Of a stretch of DNA of 64,000 bases, positions 53,838 to 64,000 are shown in pieces. Source of the DNA: Sulfolobaceae archaeon (GTDB lineage Archaea; Thermoproteota; Thermoprotei_A; Sulfolobales; Sulfolobaceae); the NCBI GenBank assembly GCA_038893355.1, contig JAWARQ010000003.1, positions 64,001 to 128,000 on the forward strand, read 5' to 3'. The notes below the pieces were generated by a model. It worked only from the letters and a program-made list of their open reading frames with translations. It ran no database searches and had not been told where the DNA came from. The stretch's first letter is position 1, and every line of letters starts with the position of its first letter. The translations under genes were made by a program, and so were the position numbers.

Positions 53838-54576
53838 TAATTCCCTCGTAATCTGCATCATATAATCCAAACATACTAGTAGGTTCTGCACCCCTTGGTA
53901 TATGAACTACAGCAGTAACATATTCTGCACTAATTGTTGGCCTCTTTGAATTAAAGTAAGTTTCTGGTACAATCTCCTCTGCAGTAATTATAACCTTTTT
54001 CGATGCTCTTGCTTTAAACTCATCCTCATAGACTGGACCTAAAATCTCTGCATTACCGTACTTATCCGCCTTATGAACATGAATTATAGCAACATCTGGT
54101 TCTATTGCCTTTACTACAACAATTTCTTCTCCACTGAAAGGGTCTTTAATAACTTTCCAATCACCTAACTTTTCATGTAGTTTAACTAAATCAGAGCCTA
54201 TTAGTCCCCTTACTGGCATAAAAGGTAAACCAAAAGCACCTGCTCTTATTCCTGCTATAAAAGCACCACATGAATCTTCTATATACTCTACCTCACCACT
54301 TTCAACCTTTCTTCTGAAATAAGGAGGAGTTCCACTAAACCATTCTAAAGTAGGCATCGCGGCTCTTATCTTTCTTATCATATTTTTCTTTAATAAGAAC
54401 TCTAAACCAACGCCGGGTTCTCTATCTATAAAAGTTAAGTCCCTTATTTCTGTCTTACTTAACTCAAATAAAAACTTCATAGGATTTCTATGTATTGAGA
54501 TCCCACTAATAGTTATTGAAGATCCAGAACTTACTAACTTAATAGCTTCTTCTAATTGCATTAACTTTGAATCCAT
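53815..54576 (-). CDS. family I CoA-transferase alpha subunit (GctA-like)
   Basis: RNPM, RAGAFGLPFMP.R...GSD, PDVAIIH...AD.YGN and AEEIV motifs; ATG at 54576. Confidence 0.87.
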   Translation of the reverse strand: MDSKLMQLEEAIKLVSSGSSITISGISIHRNPMKFLFELSKTEIRDLTFIDREPGVGLEFLLKKNMIRKIRAAMPTLEWFSGTPPYFRRKVESGEVEYIEDSCGAFIAGIRAGAFGLPFMPVRGLIGSDLVKLHEKLGDWKVIKDPFSGEEIVVVKAIEPDVAIIHVHKADKYGNAEILGPVYEDEFKARASKKVIITAEEIVPETYFNSKRPTISAEYVTAVVHIPRGAEPTSMFGLYDADYEGIIKILELF

Positions 54577-54694
54577 ATGTTCATTAATGTGAGAAGAAAT
54601 ATAAATTATTATTAGGAAAGTGCTATAATTCACTTTTAATCCATAAAAACTATTCATTTTATAGTCTTATATATTAATAAAACGTATATATTTC

Positions 54695-56317
54695 ATGGAG
54701 CAAACAGAAAAGTATTCAGGGGCTAGACTAGTTCTTAGGTGGCTAAAGAAGATAGGAGCTGAAAAGCTCTTCATAGTTTCAGGGACAGATTATGCAGCAT
54801 TTATTGAGGAATATGCAAAGGGTGGAGAAGATTTACCAGAATTAATAGTAGTACCACATGAAATAACCGCAGTTTCAGCAGCTATCGGATATTCTTTAGG
54901 TGGAAAAGTAGGAGTAGTAGCTGTCCACACAACGCCTGGTACAGCAAATGCATTAGGGGGCATAATGAATTCGTATACCTCAAGAATTCCTTTAATCGTA
55001 ATTGCAGGCAGATCTCCTTATACAGAAGAGGGTCATAGAGGTAGTAGAAATCTCAGAATCCATTGGACTCAAGAGGCTAGGGATCAAGGAGAGATGGTAA
55101 GGCAATGGGTAAAGTGGGACTTTGAAATAAGGAGAGTAGAACAAATTCCTGAGGTTATGTACAGAGCTTATCAGATTATGATGAGCGAGCCGAGAGGACC
55201 AGTATATATAGTTATTCCGAGAGAAGTTAGTATAGAGGAAGGAAAAGATAAAGACTTTCCACTCTCATATTGCGAGCCTGGAGCAACTACTGAGGCAATA
55301 GTTAAGGCTCGTGATATGATTAATGAAGCAGAAAATCCAGTTATCATAACCTGGAGAGCTGGTAGGAGAAAGGAATGGTTCGAATCTTTAACAAGATTTG
55401 CAGATAAGTTTAATATACCAGTAATAAATTACGTAGGTGAAGTCGTTAATTATCCTTCAACCGGACCAATGGCGCTCGATAAAATAGATCTAAGTAAAGT
55501 TGACTTAGCGATAGTAGTAGAAGCAGAAGTACCATGGATACCTAAGAGAACTAAATTTAAGGGTAAGATAATTAAAGTAGATGTTGAACCGCTATATACA
55601 TATATTCCGTATTATGGATTTTATTGTGACTTATGCATACAATCTACAGTTTCGGATTTCTTTGATAAACTTGTAAAAATAGAGATAAAAATTAGAGATA
55701 AAAATTGGATTATAGAAGAAAAGAGGAAACAAGAGGAGTTAAAGGCGAAAGAAATCGAGAAGCTTAGGGATAAGAAGCCTATCCATCCTAAATATCTCTC
55801 ATTCGAAATAGGTAAATTAGGGCTTACAATATTCAACGAATATCCATTTAACCCAAAATATGCTAAACTCGATGATTATGGTTCTTACTATCATGACTTA
55901 TCTGCAGGATATCTTGGATGGGCATTAGGTGCTTCAGTGGGATATAAATTAGCAACGGGAAAGGATGTTGTAGTTACAATAGGGGATGGATCATTTATAT
56001 TTGGAGTTCCAGAAGCATTCTATTATATTGCAAGCCAATCGCCTGTCCTAGTAGTCATTTATGATAATGGGGGATGGCTTGCAGTACAGGAAGCAGTAGA
56101 AGAAGTATTTCCAGAAGGAATAGCAGTAATGAAGAGACTATTTCCAGGAGCAAATTTTAGAAGGTATAATATTGGTGAAACCGTGAAGGCATTTAATGGC
56201 TTTTATAAGTTAATAGAGGAACCTAGTGAAATTGAGTCCGCGCTTCATGAAGGATTAAAAGAAATGCGAAAGGGAAAAATTGCAGTTATACAAGTTATTG
56301 TGGATAGAATAAGATAG
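54695..56317 (+). CDS. thiamine-diphosphate-dependent enzyme (ALS-like family)
   Basis: SGTD, HE, PG.AN and GDGS...DNGG motifs. Confidence 0.9.
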   Translation: MEQTEKYSGARLVLRWLKKIGAEKLFIVSGTDYAAFIEEYAKGGEDLPELIVVPHEITAVSAAIGYSLGGKVGVVAVHTTPGTANALGGIMNSYTSRIPLIVIAGRSPYTEEGHRGSRNLRIHWTQEARDQGEMVRQWVKWDFEIRRVEQIPEVMYRAYQIMMSEPRGPVYIVIPREVSIEEGKDKDFPLSYCEPGATTEAIVKARDMINEAENPVIITWRAGRRKEWFESLTRFADKFNIPVINYVGEVVNYPSTGPMALDKIDLSKVDLAIVVEAEVPWIPKRTKFKGKIIKVDVEPLYTYIPYYGFYCDLCIQSTVSDFFDKLVKIEIKIRDKNWIIEEKRKQEELKAKEIEKLRDKKPIHPKYLSFEIGKLGLTIFNEYPFNPKYAKLDDYGSYYHDLSAGYLGWALGASVGYKLATGKDVVVTIGDGSFIFGVPEAFYYIASQSPVLVVIYDNGGWLAVQEAVEEVFPEGIAVMKRLFPGANFRRYNIGETVKAFNGFYKLIEEPSEIESALHEGLKEMRKGKIAVIQVIVDRIR

Positions 56318-57277
56318 TTATTTTTTATCAATCTTAATTTTATAATAAATAATTGAGGCAATCCACCCAATTCCAAATATAAGCACCGCAATGTATCCTA
56401 GTCCTTCAAAGTTAATGTTATTAACTATATTCCAAATACCACCTTCCAAATTAAATTCTTGAGATATAATCTGTAGAAATTCTATTGAACCAATAAATAA
56501 AGCAAGGATTACTGATATAATAGTTATTGTTAAATTATAATATAATTTCCTAAAAGGGTCTATAAAAGCCCATGCGTAGACTCTATTCATAAATATACCA
56601 TCTAAACTATCTACTAAAACCATACCAGCAGTAAATGATAACGGTAATAACAATACTTCAGATATTGAATAATTTTGAATAGAAATAAATGCAGATAGCC
56701 CCAATAGTGCTACCTCTGTTGCTGTATTAAAACCTAGACCAAATAATAATCCTATTATATACATATGATATTCTTTATTAATAATATTAAATATTCCTTT
56801 TAATAATTTAGTCATAAAACCAGTTTTTATATCCTTTATATTTATTTTTCTATTAATATACTTCTTATAAATATCTATAAAAATAAGAAAATTAGCTATT
56901 CCTATTATATAAAGGATTGTTGCTGAAATAAAAGTACCTAATAATTCTCCTACTTCTGATAACTGTGGAATTACATTACTTAAAGTCTCTGCAGATACTG
57001 AAACCATAAGAGTAAGTATAAAAACCATTGTTGAATGGCCTAATGCAAAAAAGGCACCTGTATATATAGAAGATTTTCCCTCATTTATTAACTTTCTAGT
57101 TGCATTATCTATTGCTGCAATATGGTCAGCATCTAGCGCATGCCTAAGACCTAGAATGTATGATAGTATACAAAACTCAGTTAATCTTGAAGAATAAGTT
57201 AAAAACATAATAAATAAGTTAAAAACAATTATTGAGAAAATTAAAAAATAAATTTTACGGCTGGATAGGCTATCCAT
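56318..57277 (-). CDS. HoxN/NixA nickel-cobalt permease
   Basis: RHALDADHIAAID, FALGHS, GLGFNTATE and D..DG motifs. Confidence 0.92.
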   Translation of the reverse strand: MDSLSSRKIYFLIFSIIVFNLFIMFLTYSSRLTEFCILSYILGLRHALDADHIAAIDNATRKLINEGKSSIYTGAFFALGHSTMVFILTLMVSVSAETLSNVIPQLSEVGELLGTFISATILYIIGIANFLIFIDIYKKYINRKINIKDIKTGFMTKLLKGIFNIINKEYHMYIIGLLFGLGFNTATEVALLGLSAFISIQNYSISEVLLLPLSFTAGMVLVDSLDGIFMNRVYAWAFIDPFRKLYYNLTITIISVILALFIGSIEFLQIISQEFNLEGGIWNIVNNINFEGLGYIAVLIFGIGWIASIIYYKIKIDKK

Positions 57278-57409
57278 ATATGACTTTTATTGGTATAATA
57301 TATAAATCTATTTGTCTGATATATTCATTTAACTTTAATCAAAATTTTATTTATTTTAAATCTATTATAATATAAACTAATAAGTATATCAGATTAAATA
57401 TTTTAGGTC

Positions 57410-58600
57410 TTAAACCATTTCTATAGCTATAGCAGTTGCACCACCAATACCATGACATATACTTGCAATGCCTCTCTTACCGTTATTCTTTTTGAGAACA
57501 TTTAATAACGTTACAATTATTCTTGCACCACTTGCACCAATGGGGTGACCTAATGCTATTGCACCTCCATAGATATTAAGTTTATCATATTCAATTCCTA
57601 AGTACTTCTTTAATAGTACACTATTTACTGCGAATGCCTCATTATTTTCAAAATAATCAAATTCACTTAACTTCATATTTAATTTGTTTAAAAGCTTTTT
57701 TATTGCATATATTGGTGCTTCTGGAAACCTCCAACTTTCTATACCAACCCAAGTATAGCCGAGAATCCTTGCAACAGGCTTAAGTCCAAATTCTTTTATA
57801 GCTACATCATTTGCAAGGAGCAATGCAGCTGCACCATCAGATATTTGTGACGAATTACCTGCAGTATGTAATCCGTCTTTAGAAAATGCAGGAGGTAATT
57901 TAGATAACTTTTCAATAGTCGTATCTTCTCTAATTCCCTCATCATCAATAAAGACCTCATTATTGTTGAGAGGAACCTCAACTATTTCCTCCCTAAATAA
58001 GCCTTGTCTACGAGCCCTTGCAGCCCTTCTATGACTCTCAAAAGCTATCTCGTCTAATTCCCTTCTCGATATATCATGAGCTTTAGCAACCATATCAGCT
58101 TCCATGCCCATTAACTTAAAGTTAAAAGGATCTGTAAGACCGTCAATAAGCATCGTATCAATTAAATTTATACTTTTATTCATAAGCATCTTAACACCCC
58201 ATCTTACTTCTGAGCCTATTAAGAATCCTGCTTTACTCATACTTTCCATGCCTCCTGCAATAACCACGTTAGAATCACCAGACCTTATTGATTGTATTGC
58301 ATTTATTACACTCATCATACCAGAAGAGCATACCATATCTACAGAATACGCATCAATATCATAGGGTATTCCGGCCTTGATTGCAGCTTGTCTTGCTAAA
58401 TCCTGTCCATGTCCTGCCCTTAATACATTTCCCATGATTACAATGTCTACTTTATTAGGCTCTAGTTTAGCTCTATTTAGAACTTCTTTAATTACGATAC
58501 TGCCTAAATCTGCTGGATGAAAGTCTTTTAGTTTCCCACTGAACTTTCCTATAGGTGTTCTAGCATAAGAGATTATATATACTTCGTTTCCTTTCATCAA
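57410..58600 (-). CDS. acetyl-CoA C-acyltransferase (thiolase)
   Basis: VCSSG, NEAF, GHPIGASG and C.G.GG motifs. Confidence 0.93.
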   Translation of the reverse strand: MMKGNEVYIISYARTPIGKFSGKLKDFHPADLGSIVIKEVLNRAKLEPNKVDIVIMGNVLRAGHGQDLARQAAIKAGIPYDIDAYSVDMVCSSGMMSVINAIQSIRSGDSNVVIAGGMESMSKAGFLIGSEVRWGVKMLMNKSINLIDTMLIDGLTDPFNFKLMGMEADMVAKAHDISRRELDEIAFESHRRAARARRQGLFREEIVEVPLNNNEVFIDDEGIREDTTIEKLSKLPPAFSKDGLHTAGNSSQISDGAAALLLANDVAIKEFGLKPVARILGYTWVGIESWRFPEAPIYAIKKLLNKLNMKLSEFDYFENNEAFAVNSVLLKKYLGIEYDKLNIYGGAIALGHPIGASGARIIVTLLNVLKKNNGKRGIASICHGIGGATAIAIEMV

Positions 58601-58623
58601 TTAATATTTAAATTAATAAATAT

Positions 58624-59889
58624 TTAAACTATTGGAATCCCTCTTAGGTCAAAGAAGGAAGCTTCAGTAATCTTCACATTATACCACTTTCCTAACTCTA
58701 CTGAATTTGGTAATACTACTGGAATATAATTCACTAACCTACCAATTCTTGAACCTTTTTTACCATCCTCAGTAACTAATACCCTACTAGTTGAATTTAC
58801 GTATTCTCTATGAACCTCAAGAGCAATTTTCTCGTATACTTCATTTGCTATCTTCATTCTTTGTTTCTTTACAATATCAGGGATCTGTGGCATTAAAGCA
58901 CTTCTAGTATTAGGTCTTATAGAATACATTGCAAGATGAACTCTTTCAAATTTAAGTGTCTCCATTAGCCTTATCGTATTCATAAAAGCTTCTTCATCTT
59001 CTCCTGGATGACCTATAATAATATCAGTTGTAATATTTATTAAAGGTATTTTTTCTCTAAACTCTTTAACCATACTTATGTACTCTTCAACAGTATATTT
59101 TCTATTCATTAATTTTAAAACCTTATTATCACCACTTTGAACTGGTAAATGTAAAAATTTATAAACTTTTTTATTCTTTAAAACTTCAATAATCCCATCT
59201 ATATCTCTCATCGCTTGCTCAGGGGTCATCATTCCTATCCTTACCATGAAATCACCTTCTACTTCGACAACTTCATTCACAAGATCTGAAAGCTTTATTT
59301 TAGCGCCAAAATCTAACCCATATGCAGCAGTATCTTGACCCGTAAGCTCAATTTCTACTGCACCATTTTGTACTGCGTACTTTACACTTTCTACTATATT
59401 CCTTAAAGGATAACTTCGTAGCTTATTCCTTGCTATTTTAGTAATACAAAAATTACAATCCCCTGCGCATCCATCAGCTATTGGTATTATTGCGATTTTG
59501 CCAGAAAACACTTTAGGAGTAAGGTAAGCTCTTTCGCTTTCTAAAAATCTAGTAGGTGTAGTAGACTCCACCGCATCAACTATCTTACTCACAGCTTGTG
59601 GAGAAACTAGTGAGGAATTCGGTGCTAAAGATAATACAGTTGCTGGTTCCGCACTAGCCATGCATCCTGCAACGATTAGTTTTTTTCCCAATTTATTATA
59701 TTTAATTATTAATTGTTTCATTCTTTCCTCAGTCTCAAGTCTTACTACGCATGTATTTAATACTATTACATCAGCTTCATTTGGGTTTTCGACTATTAGA
59801 TGTCCCCTATCTCTCAATAATGTCATCATTATATAACTATCTCCCTTATTTAATGCACAACCATAAGTTTCAATATATACTCTACTCAT
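58624..59889 (-). CDS. mtaB: tRNA t6A37 methylthiotransferase (archaeal/eukaryal MtaB type)
   Basis: ETYGC..N, NTC.V and AGC; radical SAM C...C..C; TRAM domain. Confidence 0.88.
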   Translation of the reverse strand: MSRVYIETYGCALNKGDSYIMMTLLRDRGHLIVENPNEADVIVLNTCVVRLETEERMKQLIIKYNKLGKKLIVAGCMASAEPATVLSLAPNSSLVSPQAVSKIVDAVESTTPTRFLESERAYLTPKVFSGKIAIIPIADGCAGDCNFCITKIARNKLRSYPLRNIVESVKYAVQNGAVEIELTGQDTAAYGLDFGAKIKLSDLVNEVVEVEGDFMVRIGMMTPEQAMRDIDGIIEVLKNKKVYKFLHLPVQSGDNKVLKLMNRKYTVEEYISMVKEFREKIPLINITTDIIIGHPGEDEEAFMNTIRLMETLKFERVHLAMYSIRPNTRSALMPQIPDIVKKQRMKIANEVYEKIALEVHREYVNSTSRVLVTEDGKKGSRIGRLVNYIPVVLPNSVELGKWYNVKITEASFFDLRGIPIV

Positions 59890-59946
59890 TTTATCCGTTT
59901 AATTTTAATTGTAGAATCCAATAAAACTATTCTTAGGGTAAGTAGA

Positions 59947-60363
59947 GTGTCACAAGAGACTTATCTTAAATTGTTAGATAGGCTTTACACTAGATTACCA
60001 GAGAGAGTAAAGAAGATGGGAGATCAAACATTACCTGCATTAAATATACTGAATATAGGTGCTAATACGATTATTAGAAACTTTAATGAATTCTGCGATA
60101 GAATAAGAAGGGAGCCAAAACTCGTAGCAAAATATTTACTTAAAGAATTGGCAGTAGCAGGCTCAATAACAGATAATGGACAACTAGTTATGCAGGGAAA
60201 GTTTTCTTCATCAGTTATAAATATATTAATTGAAAGATTTATAAAAAATTATGTAAGATGTGCAACTTGTGGTAGTATAGATACTATATTGAAAAAAGAA
60301 AAAAATATATGGATAATTAAATGCTTGGCTTGTGGTGCTGAAACTTCAACAAAGCCATTGTGA
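59947..60363 (+). CDS. eif2b: translation initiation factor aIF2 beta
   Basis: TIIRNF, LKELA and C..CGS.DT...C.ACGA motifs. Confidence 0.95.
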   Translation: MSQETYLKLLDRLYTRLPERVKKMGDQTLPALNILNIGANTIIRNFNEFCDRIRREPKLVAKYLLKELAVAGSITDNGQLVMQGKFSSSVINILIERFIKNYVRCATCGSIDTILKKEKNIWIIKCLACGAETSTKPL

Positions 60364-60369
60364 TGTAAG

Positions 60370-60666
60370 ATGAAAGTCATGTTAAAGATTATTAAAAGCA
60401 ATGAACATATTTTTATAAATATATGTGAAAAACAATATTTGGGTAAAAAATATAAAAAAGGAGATATAGTAATAGATGTTAGCAAAGACTTTTATGAAGG
60501 AGAAGAAGTAAGTATTGATTATGCTTTTTCCCTGATAGATCAAGCTACTATTGTAAATATTGTAGGCAATGAGATTATAGATAGGGCTATAGAAAGAGGT
60601 TTAATTTATAAGGATAGTATAATAAAAATAGGAGATGTAAAATTTGCACAAATTTATAATCTGTGA
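60370..60666 (+). CDS. DUF424 family protein
   Basis: C....LGK, FY.G, N.VG and V.FAQ motifs. Confidence 0.85.
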   Translation: MKVMLKIIKSNEHIFINICEKQYLGKKYKKGDIVIDVSKDFYEGEEVSIDYAFSLIDQATIVNIVGNEIIDRAIERGLIYKDSIIKIGDVKFAQIYNL

Positions 60667-61385
60667 TTTATATGTCAAGAAGATTTTGTATAAAATGTGG
60701 TAAAGAAAATGTTGAACTACTTCCGAACTTTCTATGTGTTGATTGCTATATAGAAACCAAATGGGAAGAATTAGTTAGATTACCAAGAATTATAACACAA
60801 AAACGGTGCAAAGTTTGTGGTGCAGTATATAGAAGTGGAAAATGGGTAAACTACCCGCAAGGCACTGATTTATCTACTATAGTAGAAGATGAATTATATG
60901 GAATTATAGAACCAGATTCTCAAGTTAGAGAATATTCTTTAAAAGTAAAGGGAATTTCATTTAGTCCACAAGGTCAATATATAGCAGAGGTAGTAATAGA
61001 GGGAAAAGTATTAGATAGAAATCTTCAATTTGTGAAAAATGTTATTTTAGATTTAAAATCTTCAATTTGTGAAAAATGTTTAAAGAGAAAAACAAAATAT
61101 TATGAGGCAATAATACAGCTAAGGGGAAAAGGTAGAGTTGGAATTGATAGTGAAATAAAAAAAGCATTCGAAAGCATATTAGAACCGGAGGAAGTTAGTA
61201 ATATTAGTGATATAGTAGAAAGTAAAGAAGGAATAGATTATTATTTCATTAATAAGTCAGTCGCAAGAAGAATAGTAAATAGACTGGCTAGTAAGTACAA
61301 AATAGAAGTAAAAGAAAGTTTTTATAATATCAAAGTAAAAGATGGAAAAAGGAGTGCTAAATTAATAATTTCGGTTAGAATGTGA
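60663..61385 (+). CDS. NMD3-like ribosome biogenesis protein
   Basis: Four CxxC pairs and YYEAIIQLR. Confidence 0.88.
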   Translation: MIYMSRRFCIKCGKENVELLPNFLCVDCYIETKWEELVRLPRIITQKRCKVCGAVYRSGKWVNYPQGTDLSTIVEDELYGIIEPDSQVREYSLKVKGISFSPQGQYIAEVVIEGKVLDRNLQFVKNVILDLKSSICEKCLKRKTKYYEAIIQLRGKGRVGIDSEIKKAFESILEPEEVSNISDIVESKEGIDYYFINKSVARRIVNRLASKYKIEVKESFYNIKVKDGKRSAKLIISVRM

Positions 61386-62029
61386 TGTTTCTAGGAATTG
61401 ATGAAGCAGGACGAGGATCATTAATAGGTCCTATGATAGTTGCAGGGGTACTTATTGATTCTAAATCATTAAGAGTCTTGAAAAACGTAGGAGTAAAAGA
61501 TAGTAAGAAGTTAACTAGAGAAAAGAGGGAAAGATTGGCTAAAATTATTTCAGAAAATAGTATAGCTTATGAGATAGTTGCAGTGCAGCCTTGGGAAATC
61601 GATATTAAGAATTTAAACATGTTAACGTATGAGGCCGTGAATAAAATAGTTATGTCAATGATAGCACTTAAGCCAAGGATTGTAAGAATAGACAAGGTAG
61701 GAGAAGAAAAAGAGGTAGAGGATTTATTAAAGAAATTAAATATTGAATATCAAATATTACCCAAGGCAGATGAATTATTTATCGAGGTTTCTGCTGCAAG
61801 TATAATCGCAAAGGTTTTTAGAGATTGGATAATTGATGAGCTGAAGAAAGAATATGGTGACTTTGGCAGTGGTTATCCGTCAGATGAAAAAACTATTAAA
61901 TGGATACTAAGTATATACCAGAAAAATAAAGATAAACCGCCACGTATTATAAGAAGAAGCTGGAAAATACTCAAGAGAATCTGTCCAGAATATTATATTA
62001 AAAAAGGTGAAATAAGAGATGGTAACTAA
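61382..62029 (+). CDS. rnhB: ribonuclease HII
   Basis: GIDEAGRG, DSKKL, SAASIIAK and GSGYPSD motifs. Confidence 0.96.
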   Translation: MMFLGIDEAGRGSLIGPMIVAGVLIDSKSLRVLKNVGVKDSKKLTREKRERLAKIISENSIAYEIVAVQPWEIDIKNLNMLTYEAVNKIVMSMIALKPRIVRIDKVGEEKEVEDLLKKLNIEYQILPKADELFIEVSAASIIAKVFRDWIIDELKKEYGDFGSGYPSDEKTIKWILSIYQKNKDKPPRIIRRSWKILKRICPEYYIKKGEIRDGN

Positions 62030-63083
62030 CTTACCGGCTGAAGCTAGAGCTAAATGGCTAAAAGTTATGGATGCTAAAACGCCAGAAGAGAAACTTAAGG
62101 CTCTACAAGAGTTCTTAAGTGCTGTACCGAAGCATAAGGGTACGGAAAACCTAGTCTACTGGGCTAAAAGAAGAATGGCAGAATTAAGAGAGGAGTTAGA
62201 GACTAGTAAAAGAAAATCTGGTTCCTCAATATCATATTATATAGAAAAAGAAGGTGCAGGCCAAGTTTTGTTACTAGGAGATGTGGAAATGAAAAATGAA
62301 TTAATGAGAAAGCTAACCAATGTAAAAAGTGATCCTAAAGAGTATCCAGTCCCTGGCATGATGGAATATGAAGATGTAAAGATCCAATTGGTAAACCCTC
62401 CAATACTTATTGGCGGGAAATTAAATAGTAGAATACTTGGTTTAGCTAGAAATGCAGACGTAATACTATTTGTCGTAAAGGATCGTAATGAATATGAGGA
62501 TATAAGAAAATACTTAGAAGATAATGGAATTTTAATAGGGAAGCCAAAAGGGAAAGTTATAATAGAGAGAAGCAGATATGGTATTGCTGGAATTAGAATA
62601 GTTAATATTGGAAAATTAATTAACACTAGTGAAAATGAAATTAGGAAATACATCGAAAGTTTTGGAATAAAGAGTTGTATGATAAAAATTATAGGTGAAG
62701 TTACTTTAGATGATGTAGAGAAGGCCCTATTTGAATCTGTGACGTATAAACAAGGATTAATTGTAACTAGGAATTTATTTGAAGCAGAAAAAATACAAGT
62801 ATTAAGATTTGATGATTTAGAAAATATAAAGAAAACTATATTTGATTTATTAGAGATAATAAGAGTTTATACAAAAGAGCCTTTAGAAGAACCGTCAAAG
62901 GATCCATTAATATTAAAGAAGGGTTCTACGGTATTAGATGTTGCTAGGAAATTACATAGTGAATTGGCAGAAAAATTAAAGTATGCGAGGGTATGGGGAA
63001 AATCTGTAAAGTTTCAAGGCCAAAGAGTTGGACCAGATCATGTACTAGAAGATGGTGACATTGTAGAATTACATGTTAAATAA
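62019..63083 (+). CDS. DRG/OBG-like TGS-domain protein with degenerate GTPase motifs
   Basis: PKHKGTE N-terminus and TGS (YARVWG.S.KF.GQRVG..H.L.DGD); no GxxxxGKS. Confidence 0.85.
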   Translation: MVTNLPAEARAKWLKVMDAKTPEEKLKALQEFLSAVPKHKGTENLVYWAKRRMAELREELETSKRKSGSSISYYIEKEGAGQVLLLGDVEMKNELMRKLTNVKSDPKEYPVPGMMEYEDVKIQLVNPPILIGGKLNSRILGLARNADVILFVVKDRNEYEDIRKYLEDNGILIGKPKGKVIIERSRYGIAGIRIVNIGKLINTSENEIRKYIESFGIKSCMIKIIGEVTLDDVEKALFESVTYKQGLIVTRNLFEAEKIQVLRFDDLENIKKTIFDLLEIIRVYTKEPLEEPSKDPLILKKGSTVLDVARKLHSELAEKLKYARVWGKSVKFQGQRVGPDHVLEDGDIVELHVK

Positions 63084-64000
63084 TAGATAGACCTATTAAT
63101 AATAGTAAAATTGCAGTGAACCACTGACCATAGATTGCATTCATAAATGACGAGAAAATAATTATATAACCAATTACCCTTAAAATTTCTGGAAATTCTT
63201 CCTCTGTCTTCTTAAATTTAGGAGTTACCTTCCATGAATACTTACACTTAAAGATTCCTTTTAAATATCCTATTAAACTTGCAAATGTTGTTACTAACGC
63301 TATTCTAAAATTACCACTTACTTTAGAAATATTTTGATATATAGCTATGCATATAAAATAAATTATTAAAGAAGTAAAATATGTAAAATAGCTAATATTT
63401 AATATTGGTTGAAATATAGCAAAAATTAGTAGTACAAAGAAGAATAGACTATTGATAAACCATTGTGAAATATAAAAAAATGCCTCTATCCCATTTAATC
63501 CCCTCTTAATTAATTTAAGTGAAGTAAGAAATAATTCTCCAGAACCATAGGCCCATCTTTCAATTTGTCTGTAAAGATCTGAATTAGTATAAGGAGCAAG
63601 AACACTCACTTTTACTTCGTCAATATAATTAACTTTATAATTATTATAAAAAAGACGTATCCCTAATTCAAGGTCTTCTGTAACTTGACTCTTCCAGAAC
63701 CCTATATTTTCTAAAACACTCTTTTCTATAACTAGAGCTGAACCATTTGGAAAAATAGGCAACCCTAATACATGTCTACCCTTAAATAAAGAATTCATTA
63801 CAAATTCATTCATTGAGGAATAAATCTTTGGAATTATGCCCTCATTATGATTTCTTATTTCTAATCTTAATGCATTAATTTTCTCAATTTTATTAGTTAG
63901 TTTTATTAAAAAATCTTTTTCAATTCTAGCATCAGCATCTAAAAATACTAAATAAGTACCCTTTGCCTCTTTGCATCCGAGGTTCAGTGCACCTGCCTTT
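63076..64000 (-). CDS. processive GT2 glycosyltransferase, cellulose-synthase-like (5' end outside window)
   Basis: Frame open to the window end with KAGALN, DAD, TED and QIERW (QxxRW), then TM helices. Confidence 0.88.
   Translation of the reverse strand, partial: KAGALNLGCKEAKGTYLVFLDADARIEKDFLIKLTNKIEKINALRLEIRNHNEGIIPKIYSSMNEFVMNSLFKGRHVLGLPIFPNGSALVIEKSVLENIGFWKSQVTEDLELGIRLFYNNYKVNYIDEVKVSVLAPYTNSDLYRQIERWAYGSGELFLTSLKLIKRGLNGIEAFFYISQWFINSLFFFVLLIFAIFQPILNISYFTYFTSLIIYFICIAIYQNISKVSGNFRIALVTTFASLIGYLKGIFKCKYSWKVTPKFKKTEEEFPEILRVIGYIIIFSSFMNAIYGQWFTAILLLLIGLSII

Noticed and set aside
862-62653. Short ORFs overlapping well-supported genes (e.g. 862-1065, 3241-3498, 13182-13520, 28848-29198, 34329-34658, 42935-43255, 58104-58364, 62237-62653)
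   Set aside because: Antisense shadows with Ser/Ile/Phe-biased composition and no recognisable motifs.

Overview
AT-rich, gene-dense core chromosomal region of a Sulfolobales crenarchaeon, inferred from gene content and order. It encodes replication genes (mcm, gins23, gins15, priS, pcna, orc1-2/cdc6, rfcS/L), translation and RNA-modification genes (cbf5 split by a 22-nt BHB intron, nop10, aIF2alpha/beta, rpl14e, rps27e, rpl44e, thrS, mtaB, nmd3), N-glycosylation (aglB, agl24), glycogen (glgA, amyA), NAD (nadA/nadB) and arnA/arnB signalling genes, plus tRNA-Ser(UGA) and an intron-containing tRNA-Leu(UAG). Items not in the ORF track or not explained by it: a promoter-equipped, heavily base-paired tnpB 3'-end remnant resembling a stand-alone omega/reRNA (7294-7503); a box C/D sRNA overlapping the arnB stop codon with a predicted tRNA-Thr(UGU) U34 target; a winged-helix gene behind orc1-2 with no canonical start codon; a YqgF/RNase H-fold gene coupled to a Clp1/Grc3 RNA kinase; a DRG-like protein with dead G-motifs; and a degenerate PD-(D/E)XK-like gene pair next to arnAB. 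No CRISPR array, rRNA or intact mobile element was seen. All family calls come from motif recognition by eye, not database searches.
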